From an uncultured Gemmatimonadales bacterium (lineage in GTDB: Bacteria; Gemmatimonadota; Gemmatimonadetes; Gemmatimonadales; GWC2-71-9): DNA of 64,000 nt. Shown piece by piece: positions 44,190 to 55,239 of the stretch. Positions within the stretch are counted from its first letter, which is position 1. Every line of letters begins with the position of its first letter. A program made the translations under genes and the position numbers. The stretch is from NCBI GenBank assembly GCA_963842945.1, contig CAWJIM010000002.1, positions 192,001-256,000 on the forward strand, written 5' to 3'. Below the pieces are notes generated by a model, which saw only the letters and a list, made by a program, of their open reading frames with translations, ran no database searches and was not told the origin of the DNA.

Positions 44190-45654
44190 ATGCCACGGTC
44201 CAGCGCGGTGTTGGGATTCTTCCTGTTCGCCGGTACGACGTTACTGAGCGCGCAGAGCCCGGGAAGCTTCGAGATCACCGGGTTCGGCCGCTACAGCTTC
44301 TTTGACGACACCCTCGGTCTCGACGACCAGGTCGGGGGCCGGCGGCTCACTCGGGTTTTTCTTCCTTCCAAACCTCGACATCGAGGCCGAGGCCGCGACG
44401 ACCAGCGCTGACGGGCCGGCGGGAAGCTCGATAACGAACACTCCGGTTCGCGGCCGGCTGACCTACCATATACCTCTGGGTGGCAATGCCAGTTCCATCC
44501 GGATCGGGGCCGGTTACGTCCGGGACATGTACGGGGAACCCACCGACACCGACGAGGACGGTATTACTGGCGTCCTCGGACTGCGCTTGGGCCTGAGCGA
44601 GAAGTTCGGCGTCAAGGTCGATGGTACCATCGACTACGTCCGAGCCCCTCGGCAGGGACCATCGACAACTACATGAATCTCGGCGTGCAGGCCGGTCTCA
44701 GCCTCCTGCTGGGCAACTCCTCTGATAAGGACAAGGATCAAGTAAAGAACAAGGCGGATAACTGTCCGGGGACCCCCAGGGAGAATCGGTCGACGGCAGC
44801 GGCTGCGGGGCGAGCCAGCGGGGACAGCGATGGCGACAAGGTGAAGGACGCGGGGGACCGCTGTCCCAATACCCCCTCCGGCCAGGCTGCGGATAGCCAG
44901 GGTTGCTCGCCGGACCAGAGGGACGCCGATCAGGATCGCGTCAGCGACAATAAGGACCGCTGCAAGAGCACGCCCGCCGGCGAGAAGGCAGATCCGGAAG
45001 GCTGCTCGGAGAGCCAGAAGGACGACGACAAGGACGCGGTGATGAACGTCGCCGACCGGTGCCCCAGCACGGCGGAGGGAGAGAAGGTGGATGAGCACGG
45101 TTGCGGGCCGGGCCAGCTCGATGCCGATTCCGACGGCGTTGCCGATGCCCAGGACCAGTGCCCCAACACCGTGATTGGCGAGCTGGTAACCCCGGGGCTG
45201 CGGCCGTGATGCCGACGGCGACAAGGTCCCGGATGTGGCGGACCGCTGCCCTGACACCCCCACCCGCGCGTCGGTAGACGAGAATGGCTGCCCGTCTATG
45301 TTCCAGCAGGGTGCGAAGACGATCACTCTGCAGGGGGTAACCTTTGAACCGGCTCGGCCAAGCTCAACAGCTGAATCGGAGGCGGCGCTGCAGGACGTGG
45401 CCAAACAGCTGCAGGCCAGCCCGGAGGTGCGGGTGCAAGTCGCAGGCTTCACCGACAATACCGGCTCGAGATCGGGGAACATCAAGATCTCGCAGAAGCG
45501 GGCCGTGGCGGTGGAGAAATTCCTGGAGCAGAACGGAGTATCGCCGGCACAGCTGAGCGCGAAAGGCTACGGACCGGACAAACCAGTTGCCTCGAACAAG
45601 ACGGCTCAGGGGCGGGCCAAGAACCGGCGGGTGGAGCTGATAAGGATGGAGTGA
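44190..45654 (+). CDS. OmpA-family protein: beta-barrel + thrombospondin type-3 repeats + OmpA_C (frameshifted)
   Basis: Repeated DxDxDxVxDxxDxCPxTP units; AGFTDNTG...SQKRA...KGYG...NRRVEL. Confidence 0.9.
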
Positions 45655-45783
45655 AGGGGCTGGAAGAGGGGGGAGCGGGGAGCGGAGGGGAAGCAGAGGG
45701 GGAAGCGGGGACGTGGCGGTGCTGCGTCCCCGCTTTTCTCTTTTTGCTCTCTTCCCCCTTCCCCGCTTTTCTTCCCCGCCTCC
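45654..45783. repeat. Long purine/pyrimidine inverted-arm hairpin between convergent genes; likely terminator
   Basis: ...ggggaagcagagggggaagcggggacg / cgtccccgcttttctc...cccttccccgcttttcttccccgc. Confidence 0.6.
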
Positions 45784-46351
45784 TACGCGAAGCGCTCCGC
45801 TACACGCTTGTTCAGTCCGCGGAGCCGCAACCCCAGCGCGATCAGCAGAAGGCCAAAGAAGAAGGCGTAGACACCGAGGGTATAAACGACCACCGCTGCA
45901 CCCCACTGCGGGTTCACCAATCGTCACCACTCCGAAGATCACCGAGAGAACGCCCGACAGCGCAAGCAGCCACTCGCCGGAGATCTCCCGGCGCAGCCGG
46001 AACGCGAGCACCACCTGAAGGACGCCAACGCCGATGGCCCAGGCAGCGATCCAGACCAGGATCGCCAGCGCCGTGACGCCGGGGCGGGCCAGGGTGAAGG
46101 CTCCAGCGGCAATGCCCAGGAGCCCAATGATAATCAGGGGCCAGACCGGCCGGCCCTCATCCCGAACTTGAAAGGCGGTGATTAAAGTGATGATTCCGTC
46201 GATCAGGGCGTAGATGCCCCAGAGAGTCGCCAGAGCCAGGAGAGTGACGCCCGGCCGGGCAAAGGCCACAATGGCCAATCCGATCGCCAAAACTCCCCGC
46301 AGGACGAGGAGTTTTCCAGTTGGCGCTTCATATTTTCGAGAAAACGTCCAT
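45783..46351 (-). CDS. HdeD/DUF308 family membrane protein (frameshifted)
   Basis: LRGVLAI..ARPGVT..WGIYALIDG..IAAWAI..GEWLLALSGVLSVIFG. Confidence 0.85.
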
Positions 46352-46392
46352 TCGTCAGCATGGGACCCTCTTTTTTTTGGATCCGGCTCGAT

Positions 46393-46900
46393 TTATTGAG
46401 CTGTGGTATCTCCCGGCACCGGCAGGGCGGCCTGAAGATTGGCGCTGACCACGGTGTTCAATGCGTTCTCGATCTGGTAGAAGCGGACCACCTTGACCCC
46501 GGGCACCGCTTTGCGGAACTTCCCGGCGTACTTCTTCTGCAGATCGATCTGCTTCTCCCGCAGGCTGAACCAGTCATTGAGCAGCTTCTTCGACTGTTCG
46601 TCGGACATGGTGGCGGCCTGAGTGGCGAACCGGTCCAGCCACTCGACTCTCTGGTCGCCCTGTTTCGGCAATTTCGTTGCGGAACTCCCGGTAGATCGGC
46701 CTTGACTCTCTCCCGCTCTCGGCCGGAGTCAGCTCCATCAGCTGCTGCACGATCTCCTGCCGCCGGGTCTGGATATTGGCCCGGGTGAGCTCGAGTTGGT
46801 CGCCGCTGGAGGGCTGGCCGGCCTGAGCGTGGGCTGGAGGGGCAATGAGCAAGCCGCTCAGCGCCAGCGCGCCGAGCCAGGCTGGGTGAGCCATCCTCAT
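46393..46900 (-). CDS. Secreted helical hypothetical protein, paralog of 61071-61580 (frameshifted)
   Basis: Signal peptide ending AHA; MELTPAES..PIYREF...KVVRFYQIEN. Confidence 0.75.
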
Positions 46901-46983
46901 GACAGAACCTCCATTGCTATACAGGTGGATGCCCGTCCCTGGCCTGACGGCGGGCATAGTTAGCTGCCGTCAGTCGCTGCCGG

Positions 46984-47250
46984 TCAGGTCGAGTCAGGCC
47001 GGACGGAATCCGCCGGGGCGGAGGATGTCAGACGGATAGGCACCCGTGCTCGCCGCGGTGGTATCTCCGTAGGCTCCCGGGGTGGCAGCCGTGGTGTCCT
47101 TAGGCGGGGCCGGGTTAGCACTATTGGTGTCGGCTGGCGCCTGACCGGCGGCCTGCTCCGGCGTGGGTTCTCCGGCTCCGACTTTTTGCAGCCACCGACC
47201 AGGATCACCGCCGCGACTATCCCGGCGCCCATCCGTTTTCCCCTCCACAT
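46984..47250 (-). CDS. Small low-complexity lipoprotein (frameshifted)
   Basis: VILVGGCKK lipobox; Ala/Pro/Thr-rich tail. Confidence 0.5.
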   Translation of the reverse strand: MWRGKRMGAGIVAAVILVGGCKKSEPENPRRSRPPVRRQPTPIVLTRPRLRTPRLPPREPTEIPPRRARVPIRLTSSAPADSVRPDST

Positions 47251-47320
47251 AATGCCTCCGCTCATGAGTCGTGAAGAAACCTCTTTCCCAGCATCACTAT
47301 GGGCAGACCGAGGGTCCACC

Positions 47321-47339
47321 GAAACTGCACTTTGTACCA
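47321..47339 (-). promoter_or_regulatory. Island motif copy TGGTACAAAGTGCAGTTTC
   Basis: 19 bp before CATAGT; upstream of minus-strand gene at 47250. Confidence 0.55.
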
Positions 47340-47370
47340 GTCCCAGAGCTCGCGATAAGGCGCAGATGCC

Positions 47371-47389
47371 TGTCAGAAATGCCAGTTTC
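47371..47389 (+). promoter_or_regulatory. Island motif copy TGTCAGAAATGCCAGTTTC
   Basis: 18 bp before TAGCCT (47408-13); upstream of the DyP operon. Confidence 0.65.
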
Positions 47390-47482
47390 CTGGGTGGCAC
47401 CCACTCCTAGCCTCAAGCAGCCGCCCGCACTCGCCACTCTGGCCCCGAGAAATCCTGCCAACGTCACGCACGAGAGGTCCCC

Positions 47483-48076
47483 ATGACGAACACCATGACC
47501 GAGCCAACAACCGACACGACCGAGATCGTCGAAGACTGGACCAAGCCCGCAGCGATGGCGATTCCGAAGGAAGGATTCTTCGAGCTGGAGCAGGGCAGGT
47601 ACGGCCCGATCTATCCGAAGACCCCCGCCTGTTACGGGTTTACCATCATCGCGAAGATCAAGCCAGGACGGAGCAGACCATCCGCGAATACGGCAGCAAG
47701 ATCGAGAAGACCATGCAGGGTCTGCCGGATGGACTCGAGGTGCTCCAGCTGCATTACCTCCGCTGGGTCCTCTTCGACATCGGCAAGGACACCTACTTCA
47801 TGTATCAGGGCATCTTCGACACCGATTTCGACAAGTACACCGAGGACGCGGTGCGCTCTGTTCACCAAGTACGGCATCAACACGGTCTTCGAGAACCTGG
47901 AGGGCTTCCCGACGGACTGGAAGACCAACACGCCGGCGTTCATCCAGTTCGTGCGGGAGCACCAGCGGCCCAGCTTCCTCGAGTACGGCGAGTATCCCTA
48001 CGTGAGCGCGGAGGAGATCAAGAAGGCGCTGCAGCTGAAGGCGGCGTTCTCCGACATGCTGGAGCAGATGCAGTGA
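47483..48076 (+). CDS. Hypothetical protein upstream of DyP peroxidase (frameshifted)
   Basis: Stitched: YGFTIIAKIKPG...LQLHYLRWVLFD..TYFMYQGIFDTDFDKYTEDA..LFTKYGINTVFENLEGFPTDW...FLEYGEYPYVS. Confidence 0.75.
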   Translation: MTNTMTEPTTDTTEIVEDWTKPAAMAIPKEGFFELEQGRYGPIYPKTPACYGFTIIAKIKPGRSRPSANTAARSRRPCRVCRMDSRCSSCITSAGSSSTSARTPTSCIRASSTPISTSTPRTRCALFTKYGINTVFENLEGFPTDWKTNTPAFIQFVREHQRPSFLEYGEYPYVSAEEIKKALQLKAAFSDMLEQMQ

Positions 48077-48094
48077 TCGCGCAGCGGGGCAACG

Positions 48095-49417
48095 ATGCTC
48101 GAGCTCGATGATATCCAGCACATCCTGGTCACCCGAACCCCGGCGCTGACCGGGCGGTACGAATTTCTCAGCTTCCGGGACACCGCCGGCGCCCAGGCGT
48201 GGCTGGCCGGGATCCTGGAGAAGATCCGCTCGGCCTCCAGCGTACGGAGCACGGTCGAGAGCGACAACCGCTGGGTGAACGTCGCCTTCACCTGGGAAGG
48301 ACTGCGGGCCCTCGGCGTGGACGAAGCGTCGCTGGCCACGTTCCCCGAGGAATTCAAGCAGGGCATGGTGGCTCGGGCCGAAATGCTGGGCGACACCGGC
48401 GTCAATCACCCCAACTGCTGGGTGGGAGACCTGGCCAGCCCGACCTTCACGCCATCGTGATCCTGTTCGCCCGCACGGCCGCGGAGCACACCCGGTGTGT
48501 GGCGGCTCATGAGGAGCTCCTCGCTGAATCCCCGGCGTGGAGCGGCTCTCCTTCCTGGACCTCGAGGCCACCCCGCCCTTCGATTACGCCCACGATCACT
48601 TCGGCTACCGCGACCGTCTTTCCCAGCCGGTGATGAAGGGAACCGGAGAGGAGCCAACTCCCGGCTCCGGAGCGGCGCTCGAGCCAGGCGAGTTCATCCT
48701 GGGCTACCCCGATGAAAACGGTCCCCCAGCCCAGCAGCCGCAACCCGAGGTGCTGTCCCGGAACGGCAGCTACATGGCCTACCGCCGGCTGGAGGAACAC
48801 GTGGGCAGGTTTCGGGAGTTCCTGCGGGAGCACGGGAAGACGGCCGAGGAGCAGGAGTTCATCGCCGCGAAGCTCATGGGCCGGTGGCGCAGCGGTGCGC
48901 CGCTGGTCCTGGCGCCCGAGAAGGACGATCCGGTGCTCGGCGCCGATATGCAGCGGAACAACGATTTCAACTACAAGAAGATGGACCCGCTGGGCTATGC
49001 CGTTCCACTCGGCTCCCATTGCCGCCGGATGAATCCCCGGGACACGGCCGCCAACATGAACCGGAGGCGGATGATCCGGCGGGGTGCGACCTATGGCCCG
49101 CCTCTGCCGGAAGGCGCGCCTGACGACGGTGTGGAACGGGGAATCGCCGCGTTCGTGATCTGCGCCAGTCTCATCCGACAGTTCGAGTTCGCCCAGAACG
49201 TGTGGATCAACGACAAGAACTTTCACGAGCTCGGGAATGAGCGCGATCCGATCATTGGGACGCAGGATGGAACATTGGAGTACAAGATTCCGAAGCGTCC
49301 GATCCGGAAGCGCATCACCGGTCTCCCTGCATTCACCACCGTTCGGGGGGGGCCTACTTCTTTCTCCCGGGCCTCAAGGCGCTCAGGTATCTGGCGGGCT
49401 TGAGCGATGCGCGCTGA
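48095..49417 (+). CDS. Dyp-type (dye-decolorizing) heme peroxidase (frameshifted)
   Basis: LDDIQ, VNVAFT, HFGYRDRLSQP, GEFILGY, NGSYMAYRRL, KLMGRWRSG, GSHCRRMNPR, MIRRGATYG, QFEFAQ..WIN, GGxYFFLPG. Confidence 0.92.
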
Positions 49418-49420
49418 GCC

Positions 49421-50340
49421 ATGCGCGCCATCCCCGTCGCGGTGGCCGGTACCTTCATCGCGTTCGGGTGGGCGCAGGCGCAGAACCGGGGCGTCTACCC
49501 GCTGGGCATGAGCGCCATAGGCTCGGGAGTGATGCCGGCCGCCGGGTTCACCTACTCGAACTCGTTCCTGTTCTACTCTCGCGACCGGAGCGTGGATGCC
49601 GACGGCGGAGTGCTGGCGACCGGCAGCAACTCGGTGCTGATGGACATGAATGGCTTCGTGTGGGCCAGCGGGAAGCAGGTTCTCGGGGGTGCGAGGCTGG
49701 CGGCCTCGGCCACTTTGCCGATCGCCAACAACTCGCTGGCTTCGGATGTCAACGGGGCGATCAGCGGCGGCGGCGGATTCGCCGACTCCTACTATCAGCC
49801 GGTGATTCTGGGCTGGGCGACTGAGCGGGCGGAGATCAAGGCGATCTACGGATTTCTGGCTCCCACCGGGCGATTCGAGGCCGGGGAGGCCGATAACGTC
49901 GGATCGGGCTACTGGACCCACGTCGTCGCTTCGGGTCAGACCTTCTATCTGACAGCGGACAAGAGAACGGTCATCTCTGCCTTCCAGATGTACGAGTTTC
50001 ACGGCACTCAGGAGAGCACCGGCATTCGGCCGGGGCAGACCCTGGATCTCGACTATTCGGCCACCCGGTCGTTCCCCCTGCGGGAAGACCTGCAGCTGCA
50101 GCTGGGACTGATCGGGTATGAACAGTGGCAGACCACGGACAAGGCCGGGCCGGCGGTGACCCGGAGCAGGCCGCGGCTCACTACAGCGTCAACGCGCTGG
50201 GCTTCACCGCCAACCTGGGTTTCCCCGCCCGGGAGGTCGGCCTCGGATTCAAGTATTTCAAGGAGTTTTCCAACCGATCGACGTTCCAGGGCCACTCGCT
50301 GCAGATCGCCGCCTCGGTCCACTTCGACCGTCGGCCTCAG
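49421..50340 (+). CDS. SphA / Phenol_MetA_deg-like outer-membrane transporter (3' end approximate)
   Basis: Signal peptide; YPLGMSAIGSG, GFADSYYQP, FLAPTGRFE..NVGSGYWT, PGQTLDLDY, YEQWQTT. Confidence 0.7.
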
Positions 50341-50362
50341 GCAGACGAGAACGGAGCACAAA

Positions 50363-51383
50363 ATGGATACAGGCAAAGCGGCGAGGACCTACAACCAGGA
50401 TCATGTGCCTCGCAAGTACAAGTCCGGCAAGCGCCGGGTGAGCATCTACTGGACCTGGAGCTATCCGTGGGAAGCGAACCGCGACCCGGCCATGATGGAC
50501 AACCGCTTCTCGACCTTCACCGAGGTTCGCCGGGTGGCCTGGCCCGACGTATGAGACCCGGGAATGGGACGAGCAGGCTTTCCTGCAGGGCATCGCCGGC
50601 ACGCTGGAGCTGTTTCACCGCTCCACCCTGAGCTTTCAGCAGCTCGTAGGCGAAGCCACCGACCATCCCGTCGCCGTGTTCCAGCGGATCGACCAGGCCG
50701 GCTACCGGCAGCCGATCGACGAGCGGATCCTGGCGGACACGCGACACGCTGATGGTCTTCGGGCTGGACCACCTGCTGGCGGAGCAGGAGGCTGCGCCGG
50801 AGGAGATCGCGGCTCTCCGCGAGTGGCTCAAGCGGGAGGGAACCTGTCTCCTGATCGGTCCCCACCACGACGTTGGCTTCGCGGCCGACCTGAAGCAGCG
50901 GCAGATGGAGTACAAGCATCACGGCGACCCGCTGGTCCCCCGGCAGCAGCGGTTCGGCCAGTACACCCGGTCCCTGATGAAGGGGCTGAACGTTCCGGTG
51001 ATGAACCAGTACGGACTGCGTCCCGCCGTGGTGAAAGGCACCAACCAGATCGTGCCGCTGCACACCAATCGGGACCTGGACAAGCCCGGGCCTGCTGCAG
51101 CGATGTCACCACCTTCAACTTTCATCCCCACCTGCCCCATTACGCCCTGACCAACGGCGACACCACGTCGGTGCGGGTCCTGTCCCGCCAGCCGATCGAC
51201 CTGGACCGGCCGCACCCATTTACCGCCGCGGGCAACACCGAGTTCAACTGCTTCATCTGGATGCCGCCCGAGGCCGACCGCGGCGGAGACATCCTGATGG
51301 CCGACTCGACGATCTTCACTACGCTATTCGGCGGCACGGAGAGCCTGGAGAACTTCTGGCGGAACCTCGCCCTGATGAGATGA
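50363..51383 (+). CDS. Conserved-looking hypothetical protein, last gene of the DyP operon (frameshifted)
   Basis: ARTYNQDH..RRVSIYWTWSYPWE..NRFSTFTEVRR...FLQGIAGTLELF...IGPHHDVG...HHGDPLVPRQQRF...FNFHPHLPHY...FTTLFGG. Confidence 0.7.
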
Positions 51384-51409
51384 ACTGAGCCAGCCACAAA
51401 GCTCCAACC

Positions 51410-51428
51410 TGTCAGAACTGCCAGTATC
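51410..51428 (+). promoter_or_regulatory. Island motif copy TGTCAGAACTGCCAGTATC
   Basis: 19 bp before TAGCCT; shares CACTCCTAGCCT with the 47402 site; upstream of the sulfatase. Confidence 0.65.
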
Positions 51429-51606
51429 TGACCGCCTCCGTCACTCCTAGCCTAGAAGGCGATTGTATTCGCCCGCCACCCTGCTCGAGGGCCTTGCCCG
51501 CGGGACGCTTCCGGCCGCACCCGAAGGCGTACCGGTCAGGGCGGGTACTGGGCGGCACCCACCAGCGTCAGGGAGATCAGCAGGAATCCACTCCGGAGAG
51601 AGGACA

Positions 51607-53981
51607 ATGAGTTCGCAAGAAAGATTCAACGATCGATTCTTCCGATCCCGGATACGCAGCACGTGGGTTTGACGACCTACGACGCGAAGGATCCGGACAC
51701 GAAGTTCCCGCCGATCGAGACGCTGCGGCCGCCCAAGGGCGCGCCCAATGTGCTGGTCATTCTCATCGACGACGTGGGCTTCGGCGCCGCCAGCGCCTTC
51801 GGCGGGCCGTGCCATACGCCCAACTTCGAAAAGCTCGCGGCGGGCGGGTTGAAGTACACGCGCTTCCATACCACGGCGCTGTGCTCGCCCACGCGGCAGG
51901 CGCTGCTCACCGGCCGCAACCATCACTCGGTCGGCATGGGCGGCATCACCGAGATCGCGACCGCTGCTCCCGGCTACAACTCCGTGCTGCCGAACACCAA
52001 GGCGCCGCTGGCGCTGACGCTCAAGCTCAACGGCTATTCGACCGCGCAGTTCGGCAAATGCCACGAGGTGCCGGTCTGGCAGACGAGTCCGGCGGGGCCG
52101 TTCAATGCGTGGCCGACCGGCGGCGGCGGGTTCGAGTACTTCTACGGCTTCATCGGCGGCGAGAACAACCAGTGGGACCCGGCCCTGTATGAAGGCACGA
52201 CGCCGATCGAGCCGCCCAAGACGCCGGCGGAGGGCTATCACCTGACCGAGGATCTGACCGACAAGGCGATCAACTGGGCGCGCCAGCAGAAGGCGCTGAT
52301 GGGCGACAAGCCGTTCTTCATCTACTTCGCGCCGGGCGCCACGCATGCGCCGCATCACGTGCCAAAGGAGTGGATCGACAAGTACAAGGGCAAGTTCGCC
52401 CACGGCTGGGACAAGCAGCGCGAGATCACCTTCAAGCGGCAGAAGGAACTGGGCGTCATTGCGCGCCGATGCCGTGCTCACCCCGCGCCACAAGGAGATC
52501 CCGGCCTGGGATGAGATGGATCCCAAGCTCAAGCCCGTGCTGGAGCGCGAGATGGAGGTGTACGCCGCGTTCATGGAGCACACCGACCATCACGTCGGCC
52601 GGCTGATCGATGCGCTCGGACAGGGCGTGCTCGACGACACGCTCATCTACCTCATCATCGGCGACAACGGCGCGTCGGCCGAGGGCACGCTCCAGGGCGC
52701 CTTCAACGAGATGGCCAACTTCAACGGCATGGCCGCCATCGAGACGCCTGAATTCATGATGTCCAAGCTCGATGAGTTCGGCGGAGAGGGATCCTACGGC
52801 CACTTCGCGGTGGGCTGGGCCTGGGCGATGGACTACCCCCTACCAGTGGACCAAGCAGGTGGCCTCGCACTGGGGCGGCACGCGCAACGGCACCATCGTT
52901 CACTGGCCCAAGGGGATCAAGGAAAAGGGCGGCATGCGCAGCCAGTTCAGCCATGTCATCGACGTCGCGCCCGACGGTGCTGGAGGCGGCGGGCATTCCC
53001 GAGCCGACGATGGTCAACGGCGTGCTGCAGAGCCCGTACGAGGGCACGAGCATGCTGTACAGCTTCAACGACGCCAAGGCGCCCGAGCGGCACGAGACCC
53101 AGTACTTCGAGATGTTCTGCAACCGCGGCATCTACCACAAGGGCTGGAGCGCGGTGACCAAGCACCGCACGCCGTGGATGATGGGCGGAGAAAAAATGCC
53201 GGCCTTCGACGACGACGTCTGGGAGCTCTATGACGGCAGCAAGGACTGGACGCAGTCCAACGACCTGTCGAAGCAGATGCCGGAGAAGCTGCATGAACTG
53301 CAGCGCCTGTGGCTGATCGAAGCGGTCAAGTACAACGTGCTCCCGCTGGATGACCGGCAGATCGAGCGCTTCAACTCCGATCTGGCCGGCCGGCCCGTGC
53401 TGGTCAAGGGCAACTCGCAGACTGCTGTTTGCGGGAATGGGGCGACTTTCCGAGAACAGCGTGGTCAACATCAAGAACAAGTCGTTCGCCGTCACCGCCG
53501 ATCTGGAAGTGCCGGCCAAGGGCGCCGAGGGCGTGATCATCGCCCAGGGCGGCCGGTTCGGCGGCTGGAGCCTGTATGCCAAGGGCGGCAAGGCCAAGTT
53601 CTCTACAACGTGCTGGGCATCAAGTCGTTCGGCATCGAGGCCACCAAGCCCATTCCGGCCGGCAAGACCCAGGTGCGCATGGAGTTCGCCTATGACGGCG
53701 GCGGCATGGGCAAGGGCGGTACCGTCACGCTCTACTGTGACGGCAAGGAAGTCGGCAAGGGCCGGGTCGAGCAGACGCAGGGGTTCATCTTCTCGGCGGA
53801 CGAGACGACCGACATCGGCTACGAGTCCGGCACCACGGTCAGCCCCGACTACACCGCCCACACCAGCAAGTTCAACGGCAAGATCAACTGGGTGCAGATC
53901 GACCTGGGCAAGGACGCCGAGGACGCCGACCACTTCATCGACCACGAGGAACGCATCCGCGTGGCCATGGCGCGGCAGTAG
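51607..53981 (+). CDS. Arylsulfatase, Cys-type formylglycine-dependent (frameshifted)
   Basis: [63 protein letters not shown]. Confidence 0.95.
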
Positions 53982-54015
53982 ATAGAATCGCGAGCGCTCA
54001 CATAAGAAGCCGGCA

Positions 54016-55212
54016 ATGCACAGCACAACCCTCGAGCCATTCGTACGATCATCGAGCATCCGGTCGATTTTGCCCTGGGACTGGGCGGGCCGCTGTATCA
54101 GCTCTTGCGGCGGACCCGCCTCCCCGCGACGCGCTGCAGCTGCTGCGCCGCCGAATCGTCGTGCTCACCCCCCTGGCCTGGGCCCCGCTCCTCGCGCTGT
54201 CCGCGTGGAGGGGCGTGCGTGGGTGGCGTCCCGCTGCCCTTCCTCAAGGACGTAGAGCTCCACGCCCGCCTCCTGGTCGCGTACCGCTGTTCCTCCTCGC
54301 CGAGCTGGTCGGTGCACCGACGCCTGGGCGGCCCGATCGCGGGCAGTTCCTCAACCGCGGCCTCATCCCCGAGTCGGCGCAGAGACATTCGACCGGCCGT
54401 CGCCTCGGCCGTGCGCCTCCGCAATTCGCTCTGGGCCGAGATGCTCGTCGCGCTCGTCTACGTCGTCGGTTTGGGCGTCACCTGGCGGATGTCAGAGATA
54501 GCTCACGACGTGCCCAGCTGGCGCGGCGCGGCCGTGGACGGGATCTGGCGGCCGACACTCGCCGGCTGGTGGCTGGGGCTGGTGAGCCTGCCGCTGTTTC
54601 AGTTCCCCTGCTGCGCTGGTACTTCCGGATCTTCATCTGGGCGCGGTTCCTCTGGCAGGTGTCGCGGATCCACCTGAAGTTCATGCCCACCCACCCGGAC
54701 CATGTGGGCGGCCTGAGTTTCTCGCGGGCGTCAGTCGCTCCGCACGGTCCTGCTGGCGCAGGGGGGGTGCTGGCCGGCTGATCGCCAACCACATCTTCTA
54801 CGCCGGCGCCAACTGCCTCACTTCAAGGTGGAGCTGATCGGTCTGGTGGCCCTGATGCTGTTCGCCGTGCTGGGGCCGCTGCTGGTGTTCAGGCGGCAGC
54901 TCGAAGCGGCTAAGCGGCGAGGCTGTGCGCGAGCACGGCGTGCTGGCGCAGCGCTACGTGCGGGAGTCTGAGCGCAAATGGGTGCGTGGCGGGGCGCCTC
55001 CCGACGAGCCGCTGCTCGGCAGTGCAGACATTCAGTCGCTGGCGGACCTGGGAACAGCTTCGCGTGGTGAAGGAGATGCGGTGGGCGCCTTTCGCGCTGA
55101 CTACCGTCCTCCAACTGGGCGTCACCACGCTGATGCCTGTGGTCCCGCTGATGTTGACCATGATCTCTCCCTGGAGGAGTTGCTCGACCGGCTGCTCAAG
55201 ATCGTGTTCTAG
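54016..55212 (+). CDS. Hypothetical multi-pass membrane protein (heavily frameshifted)
   Basis: TM-rich fragments: WWLGLVSLPLFQF, RWYFRIFIWARFLWQVSRI, THPDHVGGLSF, LGSADIQSLADLG, LEELLDRLLKIVF. Confidence 0.65.
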
Positions 55213-55239
55213 CACCTTCTCTCCCTCACCGAATCCACC

